A stretch of 60,460 bases of DNA from a virus (IMGVR_UViG_3300032167_002916), one strand, 5' to 3'. Positions 46,123-54,343 are shown, counted from the first letter of the stretch. The notes: a model not told the origin generated them from the letters alone. Numbers and translations: made by a program.

Positions 46123-47369
46123 ACTGCCACCTCCAGTACAGGAATGTAATCTCGCAGTAAAGTGAGCATATCCAGATTCTGTTCCTTCGTTGCCGCCGCT
46201 AACTGAGAGATAATATTTTCACCTTCAACGATTACTTTTGCGCTTGCCTTTTGGGCAGGCGCTTTTTTTATTTTCGGCGCCGCCAACGGCTTCCCTGTAA
46301 CAGAAGGTGCAATATATACGTGTAACATAGAGAGTCGTTGCTGATAAGCTATAGCCAGTGTTTCCAGATTTAATATCTCTTTACCATTCAAAATGGCAAT
46401 CTCCTGTGCATCATGCACCAGAGATACAACAACAGAAATTATTCCTGCGCTATGTTCATACAGCCATTCCGTAATCCCTTCGGTCAACTGACTGCTATTT
46501 TTCGTGTACTGGTGGGAGAACAAGGTTTCGCAGAAATACTGAAAGAATTCATCGTAATCCAGTCTACCATATTGGATGCCGACCGATCTGCGTGCCAGCT
46601 GCATCGCTTGTTCAAAGAAGACTGCGCTTTCGGGCGTACCAACCATACAGATAGAGATCCCACTATTATTTATGAGCTGCGTCAGCATACCGACCAAACT
46701 CTTCCCATTTTTACTGTTGACCACATTCTGGATCTCGTCTACAATAAGAAGACCTATATGGTTTAGAGCAACCTGGCTGACGCTGCCAATCAGCATATCC
46801 GTAGTGGCCCGAACCCGCATTGCATTTTCATAATAATTGCTGCAAATGCGCTCGTCCACTTTTCGCAGTATTTCTAAGAGTAGCCCCTTGACCGAAGAAT
46901 CAAATGGACACTGTACAGTCAGACAGGGGATGATGGTTGTATACGGACTGTCCAAAGAAATAATCCTGTCCTCAGTAATCAGAGAGATAGCCCTACTGAT
47001 GGCGGCACTCTTACCGATACCAGATGCCCCGATGATTGTAAAGCTGTCAGCGCCTCCGATGATTCCAGAATGTGGCTGATTTTTAATTGCTCTATAATTC
47101 TGCATCTGCTGCCGGATTGCGAGGGTGGTCTGTTTCTTCTGCAATGATTGTAACAGCGCCAGATACAGCCTACTGTATATCTCTACAGACATTTGCGAAG
47201 GAAGATAGAAGTTATACAAATCGGACAAGGACATGAGACGTGTTGCCGCATCAGCATTTCTAATAGATTCATCGTATTCAGGCAGCATTTCTAATGCCGA
47301 TAGGAGTTCTTTACCAGCCAGCATAAGCGGCAACTTTGATACCAAGTTCTGTCTAACCATTGAGTTCAC
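46119..47369 (-). CDS. tnsC: TnsC AAA+ transposition regulator
   Basis: GASGIGKS Walker A, LLIVDEIQN Walker B, ICMVGTP, ARR. Confidence 0.9.
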   Translation of the reverse strand: MNSMVRQNLVSKLPLMLAGKELLSALEMLPEYDESIRNADAATRLMSLSDLYNFYLPSQMSVEIYSRLYLALLQSLQKKQTTLAIRQQMQNYRAIKNQPHSGIIGGADSFTIIGASGIGKSAAISRAISLITEDRIISLDSPYTTIIPCLTVQCPFDSSVKGLLLEILRKVDERICSNYYENAMRVRATTDMLIGSVSQVALNHIGLLIVDEIQNVVNSKNGKSLVGMLTQLINNSGISICMVGTPESAVFFEQAMQLARRSVGIQYGRLDYDEFFQYFCETLFSHQYTKNSSQLTEGITEWLYEHSAGIISVVVSLVHDAQEIAILNGKEILNLETLAIAYQQRLSMLHVYIAPSVTGKPLAAPKIKKAPAQKASAKVIVEGENIISQLAAATKEQNLDMLTLLRDYIPVLEVAV

Positions 47370-49185
47370 CAGCCTTCATATAATCAGTGTGGGTCTTGCG
47401 CTGAGCACGTTTTCTGTTCTCTCGTACGGACTTTATCTGTGTGTTTTTGGAAGAATTTGCTGTGCTTGCAATCGTGCAAATATGGTCAGCTAGATCGATT
47501 TTTGCTTGTAAATTTTCCTGTGTGGCACTCTTAATAATTGCTCTCTGAGCCGTCTGCATCGCTTGTGTGGCACTTAACTCCTTGCCGTTGAATCTGCGCT
47601 CAACCAGTTCAAAACGGACGTAGGAACCGTTCTCGATCAGCCACACGCATGACACATCATCAGGATTATAGGCAACGGTTGCAGTACCTCCTTTGAGATA
47701 TGCCTCGGTGTAATCGTCATGGGCATACCGCATTTGATTGACTTTCAATCCGTTTCGTGCAAATGTTCCAGTCGTTCTTGGTAACAGTGTCAGCAGAAGA
47801 TGCTCCCGGCTTACAGATATGAGATTAGCTCCTGGAAGCTTCATACTCCAATTCCAGATTGCACTTGCCGTTGGCTGGACATTATCAGTTAGCATTTCTT
47901 CTGTATAAGGAAAGTTCTCAATTACACGGTTGCAATTGTAATACACGATGCACCGAAGCAAAATCTTTTCAAATGCTTCTAATGTTAGACAGGCATCTTT
48001 TCTATAATCATGTGCGCCTCGTTCCTGAAAGTCAGGATCGATTACCCCCTTGCCCTTCAAATGAGGCTTGTACAGGTCTTGCACAATATCAAAGAACTTT
48101 TCTACAGAGCCTTTCAGCTCCGGACGATATGGGGGAAGATTGATAAGCCTAACTCCAAGCTCAACGATTTGTTCAAAATTGGCAGACTTATATTCGCTTC
48201 CTTTGTCTGTAACCAGTGTTGCAGGGAGCTGGTTGCAACACCAGTCATCCTCATTTATAATTATGCCAAATTGTTTGCATAAGTCCGTTTTATTGGCTAT
48301 AACAGACGTCAGAAGCCTCCGTAAGCTTTGAACTCCGCCTTCCCATGAAAGGGCATACCCGCAACAAAGACCGCTGTAAGCGTCGACACAGGCCGTCAGG
48401 ATGGGTCTTCCTATAAGGTTATTTGCTTCATCAACTAAGTAAATGTCACAGATTGTTGAGTCCAACATTGCAACGCCTATTGCGGGTGCAAACTCGCGAA
48501 CGCCATCTCCGATTAGCGGTCGACTATTCCGCTGGTAGTTCTTAATTCCATTCCTTGAGATATAGTAAGTCTGTAGCTTCTTATGCTTTCTGTAAAAGTA
48601 ACGAAACTGGTTAAAAGTAGGGAAGTCCGGAAGGAGAGTCCCGGTTTCATCACTATATTTTTCTTTCAACATCATCGTATATGCGGTTGGTAAACTGTTC
48701 TGATTTTTCGTGTAGAAGAATTTGTTCAGCGCCCACCGCATATTTTTTTCGTCTTTACTTAGGGGCCGTTCGTCTTCTATTCGCTTTGGGGCAAGAGCAG
48801 ATATATTCTGAAATGCCAAATACAGACACAAATAATTGCGTACAGTCTGTTTGCATATTTCGTGCTCATCGGCGATTCGAGAAATAACTGCACTTCTCAT
48901 TTTTTCATCAGTGAGGAAGGGGAGTACTCCGGCGATAACAGTGTAGCGCTCATGTACGATTTTTCTTGTTGCAGCATCTAAAGCATCTGGGTCGAATATC
49001 TCAACATCAGACAAGCCAATCAGATCCTGCTCCGTAACCACCTCTCCGCACAGATTATCAGCCGGATACCATTTTGGCATATTTCTTTTCAAGCAATCAA
49101 TGGCTAACACGCGGTCTTTATCAACAGACAGAATCCGATATACAGAGCACTCATTCCGAATCAAATCATTTTTCTGCATCGACAA
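47353..49185 (-). CDS. tnsB: TnsB DDE transposase (Mu/Tn7 family)
   Basis: LDST (D), VTDKGSEY (D), KGSVEKFF (E), PT..QFRY HTH region, Mu-like C-terminal beta domain. Confidence 0.92.
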   Translation of the reverse strand: MSMQKNDLIRNECSVYRILSVDKDRVLAIDCLKRNMPKWYPADNLCGEVVTEQDLIGLSDVEIFDPDALDAATRKIVHERYTVIAGVLPFLTDEKMRSAVISRIADEHEICKQTVRNYLCLYLAFQNISALAPKRIEDERPLSKDEKNMRWALNKFFYTKNQNSLPTAYTMMLKEKYSDETGTLLPDFPTFNQFRYFYRKHKKLQTYYISRNGIKNYQRNSRPLIGDGVREFAPAIGVAMLDSTICDIYLVDEANNLIGRPILTACVDAYSGLCCGYALSWEGGVQSLRRLLTSVIANKTDLCKQFGIIINEDDWCCNQLPATLVTDKGSEYKSANFEQIVELGVRLINLPPYRPELKGSVEKFFDIVQDLYKPHLKGKGVIDPDFQERGAHDYRKDACLTLEAFEKILLRCIVYYNCNRVIENFPYTEEMLTDNVQPTASAIWNWSMKLPGANLISVSREHLLLTLLPRTTGTFARNGLKVNQMRYAHDDYTEAYLKGGTATVAYNPDDVSCVWLIENGSYVRFELVERRFNGKELSATQAMQTAQRAIIKSATQENLQAKIDLADHICTIASTANSSKNTQIKSVRENRKRAQRKTHTDYMKAGELNG

Positions 49186-49504
49186 CTAACCCCCAATCAG
49201 AAACACCACGGCTCAACCAATACTCTCTCGAAATGTCCAATAGTTTAACTGTCATTGGCTTCGTCAAATGACTGCGCTGTACACACTCTCTGACCATCTG
49301 TTCTCCATCTGCTTTTATACAAAGGAAGTCTGTTGTGTAATCCTCCGTATCTAGCAAGACGTTACACCAAAATTGAGAGACACCGTCATCATCCTGCAAA
49401 GCCTTCGCATACGCCATTTGGATTGGGTCGTATGTCTTACAAACTCCTTGGCATTTTGAGAGAGAAACCTTTTCGCACCTACCCTTGTAGTTTTTCTTAC
49501 GCAT
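49166..49504 (-). CDS. tnsA: Minimal TnsA-like endonuclease-fold protein (112 aa)
   Basis: YTTDFL...VREC, R.YW...G..W.LV; SD GGAGG at 49511-15 supports ATG 49504. Confidence 0.7.
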   Translation of the reverse strand: MRKKNYKGRCEKVSLSKCQGVCKTYDPIQMAYAKALQDDDGVSQFWCNVLLDTEDYTTDFLCIKADGEQMVRECVQRSHLTKPMTVKLLDISREYWLSRGVSDWGLVVDAEK

Positions 49505-49514
49505 TTTGCACCTC

Positions 49515-49697
49515 CATATGTTTTCCCAAAAACATCCCAAAAATTTCCCAAATCCTTCCCAAAAATGAATTTGGGGATTTTCGCCTCAAATTTGGGAACT
49601 TGTAAAAGTTGTGAGATCATATGTTAGTCCCTAGTTGCCTGAACTTTTTTGCGGAACAATTCCCCAAAAATTTCCCCAAAAATGAGATTCCCAAAAA
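49515..49697. repeat. Array of (T)TCCC(C)AAA(AA) motifs, candidate transposase-binding / attachment junction
   Basis: CCCAAA at 49525, 49536, 49547, 49558 (11-bp period); inverted TTTGGG at 49570 and 49591; CCCAAA at 49663, 49675, 49690. Confidence 0.8.
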
Positions 49698-49826
49698 TCT
49701 CTATGTCATGGGGCAAACCCGTTTTCGCTCATTTTGATGGCTGAAAAAGGGTAGGGGAAATGAATATAAAATGCCGGTTTCATAACATATAGCCTCAACA
49801 ACTCAAGGTTTCACCGTGCTTTGCGT

Positions 49827-49866
49827 AAAAAAATAGACCTCAAAGGAAAAATCCTTCAAGGTCTAT
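49827..49866 (-). terminator. Intrinsic terminator (minus strand)
   Basis: ATAGACCT...AGGA-AAAA-TCCT...AGGTCTAT stem with A7 on + strand. Confidence 0.75.
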
Positions 49867-49933
49867 CTAGCGAAAAAATTTATGCCTTTTCAGCGAAAAT
49901 CAGTTTTGCAAGCACATAGAGTAAACCTTGTAC
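49827..49933 (-). ncRNA. Putative ~105-nt small RNA or attenuated leader
   Basis: Bounded by a consensus promoter and a terminator; only a 5-codon ORF inside. Confidence 0.5.
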
Positions 49934-49937
49934 TTAC

Positions 49938-49966
49938 AGTATAGCACACGAAAGTGCCTATGTCAA
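49938..49966 (-). promoter_or_regulatory. sigmaA/sigma70-type promoter
   Basis: TTGACA-17 bp-TATACT on the minus strand. Confidence 0.85.
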
Positions 49967-49979
49967 ATTTATAGGGCGC

Positions 49980-50012
49980 AAAAAAAAGCGAGCCATCATA
50001 TCGATGACTCGC
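49980..50012 (-). terminator. Terminator closing the lysis module
   Basis: GCGAG-C-CATC/GATG-A-CTCGC stem with A8 on + strand. Confidence 0.7.
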
Positions 50013-50052
50013 AATTACTGGTTCATTCCAAAGCTACACACCCACTTTTGCT

Positions 50053-50625
50053 TTAGTTTGAATTAGGCTTTTCGGGGACACCATTAGAATCCACGATTAG
50101 CAGTTGCTCCATCTTCGGAAGCACCTCGCTATGTACGTATCCATTTCCACCCATGTCCTCATAGTCACGGAACAGCTCCCAGAAGGTTTCTGCCTCCATG
50201 TGAGTCCAAGTCTGGTTGGGGTTGGTCTTTGGATTCGTGTAGTATCTAAAGTTCTGCAGAAGTAAGTCTCTCAACTTATTTCTATTTCTTCTGTTTGACT
50301 GTTCTTCGTTCTGATCCATCCGAGCTTGTAGATCTTTAAGTGCCTCGGTGTTCTGTCGCTGCATTTCTCGAATCTCTTGGATTTCACCTTCGAGCAATTG
50401 CTGGATCTGAACACTCTGCTTCCGGTATTCAGGATACTTGCTTACAGCTTCCCAGGTTTGTCTCATCTGCTCGTCCTTCTGTCTTTTTGCTTCATATAAA
50501 GCAATTAGCTTGTCCCAGATTCTCTTGCACACCGTTATCACGAAGGCCAGTGCTAGACCCCATATGACTACATCGCCAAGAGTAATATCGCCGAATGCAG
50601 TCAAAAATGCGTCTACGGCTTTCAA
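50053..50625 (-). CDS. Membrane-anchored coiled-coil protein of the lysis module
   Basis: N-terminal TM, coiled coil, WELFRDYEDMGGNG motif. Confidence 0.7.
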   Translation of the reverse strand: MKAVDAFLTAFGDITLGDVVIWGLALAFVITVCKRIWDKLIALYEAKRQKDEQMRQTWEAVSKYPEYRKQSVQIQQLLEGEIQEIREMQRQNTEALKDLQARMDQNEEQSNRRNRNKLRDLLLQNFRYYTNPKTNPNQTWTHMEAETFWELFRDYEDMGGNGYVHSEVLPKMEQLLIVDSNGVPEKPNSN

Positions 50626-50654
50626 TCAAATCACCTCCAATATTTCAATTACCT

Positions 50655-52106
50655 TTACTGCTTTTGACAATACTGTAGTGATACCCAGCCAGAAATCTCC
50701 TGCAGTTTGCCCCATCCGTTCTGAACCTCAGAAAGAGTGTAAACCGCATTCTTCTTGACGGTAGTCTTTACAGCATAGTTAGTTCCTGCGCCTTTACGAA
50801 CGTTCAGGAGATTTGCCACTACGATAACTGTGTCGCCGGCATTGAAAGAGCCAGCCAGAGCGGATTTGATAGCTGCCTGGGTTAAAGGACCGGCGATTCC
50901 GTCTCTGGTCAAGTTATGCTTTTTCTGGAATTCGCGAACAGCATTTGCCGTCTTAGCCCCATAGATGCCATCAGCCGTACCGCAAGAATGTCCAAGCGTA
51001 TTCAGATTCTCTTGAAGCGTTTTGACAGCTTCACCAGAGCTACCCTGACTAAGGGTCTTGTATGTAGTACTGGTGGTGTTGGTCGTTGTGGTTGTTCCGG
51101 TAGTAGTATTGGCTGGTGCTGAACCGCCAAAGGTAGAACGATATGCTTCCTTCTGACCGTACCAGAAGCTCTTCTTTTCACGAGTATCGATGTGTACGAA
51201 ATGACCATCGCTAGACGTTTCGTATAGACCAATACCCATGATGCCAATGCTCTCGGCGTACTTAGCGACTTCTCTGGGCGCTACACCCTTAACAACAATG
51301 TCTGCAGCATCGCCCTTGGAATGTCTTGAGCCTGTTGCTCCACCGATACGAGAATTGTGGGTCGGGCACCGGTACGGACTGGTAATTGTAATAGGGGCAT
51401 TGAAGTGGTTTCTGATTTTTTCCAAATACTCAATGAGCTTTTCATTGACGACGGTCTGGGAGCAGCAACCTCTGCCATGGCAATCAAATTCAGTAGAGAC
51501 AAAATGCTCAGACACCTTTACGGACTGGCCTTTTGTAAAATACAAATAGCCCATGTTCTCCACTCCTTTCGTAGAATTGGTCACAAATAGCGTGTAGTAT
51601 TTTTGACCGAAGCTCGCACGTTTGATTTTGTGGGATTCTGCATTATAAGGACATTCGAATTCCATAAGGACGATATCCGACGCTTCCATGACAGAAGTAG
51701 CGGTCTTCAGCACGTTGAGAACTTTTGAAAAACTTTTTTGGAGTTCGATAAAAAGGTACTCCAACTGCATCTCCAGGTCTCCAATTGATCTGCCTGTTGA
51801 CTTTGCGTATTCGTACAGCGCCTTCTTTCGTGTCCAATAAGTCCATTGACATAGGCCAAATCCTGCTTGGTCGTAGACGAATTGTTCCTTTGTATAGACA
51901 CCGCTGTCCACCAACGCGACATAGGTTTCATCATTGCATTTCAATCGTCCCTGACACGAATCCTGCAAGTTGATGGAAATCAAAGCAGATTCTGCGTCAA
52001 TGTTTCCCATAAGTCCCGCTGCTCCATATGGAGTCAGTCCTTTAGCAATACAGAAATTCCATATCCTTTGTGCGTTTGTGCTTCCAACCAAAGCCATTGG
52101 AATCAC
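50655..52106 (-). CDS. Modular endolysin: phage-tail-lysozyme-like, peptidase M15, PG-binding and SH3b domains
   Basis: GLMGNIDAES..GLCQWT; SPYRCPTHN..SRH..AADI..FVHIDTR; LSQGSSGEAVKTLQ..DGIYG; LNVRKGAGT..GWVS. Confidence 0.88.
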   Translation of the reverse strand: MIPMALVGSTNAQRIWNFCIAKGLTPYGAAGLMGNIDAESALISINLQDSCQGRLKCNDETYVALVDSGVYTKEQFVYDQAGFGLCQWTYWTRKKALYEYAKSTGRSIGDLEMQLEYLFIELQKSFSKVLNVLKTATSVMEASDIVLMEFECPYNAESHKIKRASFGQKYYTLFVTNSTKGVENMGYLYFTKGQSVKVSEHFVSTEFDCHGRGCCSQTVVNEKLIEYLEKIRNHFNAPITITSPYRCPTHNSRIGGATGSRHSKGDAADIVVKGVAPREVAKYAESIGIMGIGLYETSSDGHFVHIDTREKKSFWYGQKEAYRSTFGGSAPANTTTGTTTTTNTTSTTYKTLSQGSSGEAVKTLQENLNTLGHSCGTADGIYGAKTANAVREFQKKHNLTRDGIAGPLTQAAIKSALAGSFNAGDTVIVVANLLNVRKGAGTNYAVKTTVKKNAVYTLSEVQNGWGKLQEISGWVSLQYCQKQ

Positions 52107-52130
52107 CTCGCTTGCATATAGTAGTACTTC

Positions 52131-52163
52131 GGGGAGTGCATCCGGGCGTCCCGGTCACTCCCC
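52131..52163. promoter_or_regulatory. Strong GC hairpin between holin and endolysin
   Basis: GGGGAGTG/CACTCCCC plus CCGGG/CCCGG; T run follows on the + strand. Confidence 0.6.
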
Positions 52164-52170
52164 TTTGTTT

Positions 52171-52572
52171 TTATTCAGCCTTCTCAGCTGCTTCGTTTTC
52201 CTCGAAGATCTTGCGCATGGTCTTCAGAGCCTCGTCAATAGCCTCGTCGATCCATGCAATCACGTCTGCCTGATTAGTGACCTTGGACAGAATGGGATAC
52301 ATCGCAAAGACCTCGTCGATGACCTGAGCACGCTTAATCTCACCGGACTTGACCCACTCGTAGTAGTCGCACTCGGCCTCAGTAACCAAGCGAAGCATGA
52401 CTTCCTTAATTTGAGCCTTGGCAATTTCCAACTGCTCGTCCTGAGACTTGCTGAAGAACTCCATGGCCTTCTTGCCGATAGCAATAATCAGAACAATGAT
52501 GGCAAAAATCATCGTCCAGTTGTTGTTCACGAAATTCAAAAAATTATAGATGCCATCCAAAACAATGTTCAT
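52171..52572 (-). CDS. Holin-like protein (LL-H type)
   Basis: One N-terminal TM, LVTEAE...G..KRA.V, IDEA pattern; directly upstream of endolysin. Confidence 0.7.
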   Translation of the reverse strand: MNIVLDGIYNFLNFVNNNWTMIFAIIVLIIAIGKKAMEFFSKSQDEQLEIAKAQIKEVMLRLVTEAECDYYEWVKSGEIKRAQVIDEVFAMYPILSKVTNQADVIAWIDEAIDEALKTMRKIFEENEAAEKAE

Positions 52573-52585
52573 AATGATGCCTCCT

Positions 52586-52990
52586 TTATCCTACCGCTTC
52601 GGTAGATTCACTCATCTCTTTTGCGGTTGCCTTCTTATCCGCCATTGCAGATTCATAGACAACACCGCCAGAGGTGTTTTCTTTTGTGGACTTCACGAAA
52701 TATCCAAGTACAACGGAAGCCAGGGTTGCGATTGTACCTACCATCGCATACAGGGCATTGGTGTCGCCTGTCATAACAATCATGTATTGGCAGAAGAAAA
52801 GGATCTCGACACACAGCAATGCAGCTACGATCAGCACGATCTTACTGGTTGATGGCAGGACGAACTTAGGCCAATACTTCATGCGCTCTTCACGCAATCT
52901 GCGGCGGTATTCAATGCCCTCGTTCCGCTTCTTGGCTTTTGCCAACTTTGAATCAAATTGGCTTTTGGTCATTACCATTTCAATCACCAA
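52586..52990 (-). CDS. Two-TM membrane protein (second holin candidate)
   Basis: Basic N-terminus, two TMs, GYFVKSTKENT.GGVVY. Confidence 0.6.
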   Translation of the reverse strand: MVIEMVMTKSQFDSKLAKAKKRNEGIEYRRRLREERMKYWPKFVLPSTSKIVLIVAALLCVEILFFCQYMIVMTGDTNALYAMVGTIATLASVVLGYFVKSTKENTSGGVVYESAMADKKATAKEMSESTEAVG

Positions 52991-53003
52991 CCTTTTTGAG
53001 CAT

Positions 53004-53033
53004 AAAAAATAGCCGCCCTCCGGCGACTTGGCT
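53004..53033 (-). terminator. Imperfect terminator-like hairpin
   Basis: AGC-CGCC/GGCG-GGCT stem with A6 on + strand. Confidence 0.4.
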
Positions 53034-53055
53034 CTCTTATATGAGAGTATTAAGT

Positions 53056-53853
53056 TTAATTGGGGTTATGGAAAATATTGCAGACCTTGTTGACAACCTT
53101 AGCGAATAGCTTACCGGCCTTAGACTGGAAGGGTTTCTTCACATATGCGCCCTCCACAATATCGTCCAGCACAGCCCAGCACTCAGCCATGCCGAGTTCG
53201 TAAGGCAGAATAAACTTGCCGCCTACACCCCAGTCCTCACCCCAAGAGTTCTGGATCTTCCAACCACGCTCATCCCATCCGTAGATGAACATACAATGGC
53301 CTCCGCCGTAACCAACGAAATCAGTGTGTAAAACACCGTCAACGACCTCCATGTCCTCGTACCATTCCATAGCCATCAGCAGGGGGACACCGGACATCAG
53401 AGCCAGCTTGGCGGCGGCAACAGTATTGACACGGCAATACTCACTAATGCGATTGGGACGGCCAACTTCGTACAGCTCATCAGCACGTCTTTCGTACAGC
53501 TTCAGAGCACGAGGGGTTTCTTCATTGTAAGGGAAGTCCTCATGAGGAACATCACCAAACTTGGCGACTACATCCAGAGCGTCACGCATAATCATTCCGG
53601 GATCTTTGTGCTCGGAATTGGTGCGGTTGCCATAGATATAGCCGACGCTCATTTCGGTAGGATCGTTACGCTGAACCACATTGTAATACTCGATAATGCT
53701 GGACAGTGCATGAGCAACGCAAGAACCAGTCATCATCTGATTCTTGATCCGAACAGTCGGTAGCTCAAAATCTTCGGGGAAATCATAGGTCTGTGCGGTG
53801 CAGACCATTTGATAATCTCTTACGTCGACACCTGAAAAAATTGCTCCGTACAT
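53056..53853 (-). CDS. Papain-like C1 cysteine peptidase
   Basis: NQ..TGSCVAHA (Gln, Cys), GGHCM (His), IQNSWG (Asn). Confidence 0.9.
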   Translation of the reverse strand: MYGAIFSGVDVRDYQMVCTAQTYDFPEDFELPTVRIKNQMMTGSCVAHALSSIIEYYNVVQRNDPTEMSVGYIYGNRTNSEHKDPGMIMRDALDVVAKFGDVPHEDFPYNEETPRALKLYERRADELYEVGRPNRISEYCRVNTVAAAKLALMSGVPLLMAMEWYEDMEVVDGVLHTDFVGYGGGHCMFIYGWDERGWKIQNSWGEDWGVGGKFILPYELGMAECWAVLDDIVEGAYVKKPFQSKAGKLFAKVVNKVCNIFHNPN

Positions 53854-53869
53854 ATCATCACTCCTTATT

Positions 53870-53900
53870 GCCCAGGGTTCACTCAGCCCTGGGCTTTTAT
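53870..53900 (+). terminator. Hairpin oriented as a plus-strand terminator inside the minus-strand operon
   Basis: GCCCAGGG/CCCTGGGC perfect 8-bp stem followed by TTTTATTTT. Confidence 0.55.
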
Positions 53901-53907
53901 TTTTCTG

Positions 53908-54336
53908 TCAAAACAGCTTATATCTAGGCTTCTGTTCATCCCATAGCCAGTACCTAATGTAATCATCCAATACGATACCGGCTAGGGATAGCGCAGCCCA
54001 GATAAAGATAAACTGAGGACAGATTTGACCAAGAATGTTAAAAGGCAACTGTGAATAGTCCCAAATTCCCAGTCCGAGCCACACATTTAATATCAGCCCG
54101 GCAAGGAACTCTGCAGAAGTGACAGCCATAGTGCCTGCCAAAACCTGCTTCCACAGAGGGGTATCCCATTCAAGCCAGTTATTGAGACTTCCGAGCAATA
54201 AAAAAAGCAGCCCACCAAGGACTGCCATAGTCCAATGTGTGTAGCCGCGCCATAGGATCTCTAGAGATGCATAGATAAATGCACCAATACAGAAGAGCAC
54301 CATTGCCTTAGCAATGTGCTGATATGAAGTTTTCAT
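53908..54336 (-). CDS. Four-TM membrane protein (putative ABC-transporter type IV-like family)
   Basis: LEILWRGYTHWTM..LGG, EFLAGLILN..LG..IWDYS..PFN..GQICP. Confidence 0.75.
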   Translation of the reverse strand: MKTSYQHIAKAMVLFCIGAFIYASLEILWRGYTHWTMAVLGGLLFLLLGSLNNWLEWDTPLWKQVLAGTMAVTSAEFLAGLILNVWLGLGIWDYSQLPFNILGQICPQFIFIWAALSLAGIVLDDYIRYWLWDEQKPRYKLF

Positions 54337-54343
54337 TCAAAAA

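Larger units (their letters stand above)
44803..49700 (-). mobile_element. Tn7-like transposition module (tnsA-tnsB-tnsC-tniQ) with upstream repeat region
   Basis: Four overlapping genes in canonical order; no cargo and no recognisable end downstream of tniQ. Confidence 0.85.

Noticed and set aside
49616-49643. Junction-formed promoter for tnsA (TTCAGG-16-TATGAT, minus strand)
   Set aside because: The -35 is weak and the spacing suboptimal; it cannot be supported without TSS data.
49515-49700. CRISPR array or CAST system
   Set aside because: Repeats are only 8-11 bp with no unique spacers, and no cas6/7/8/12k-like ORF is present in the window.
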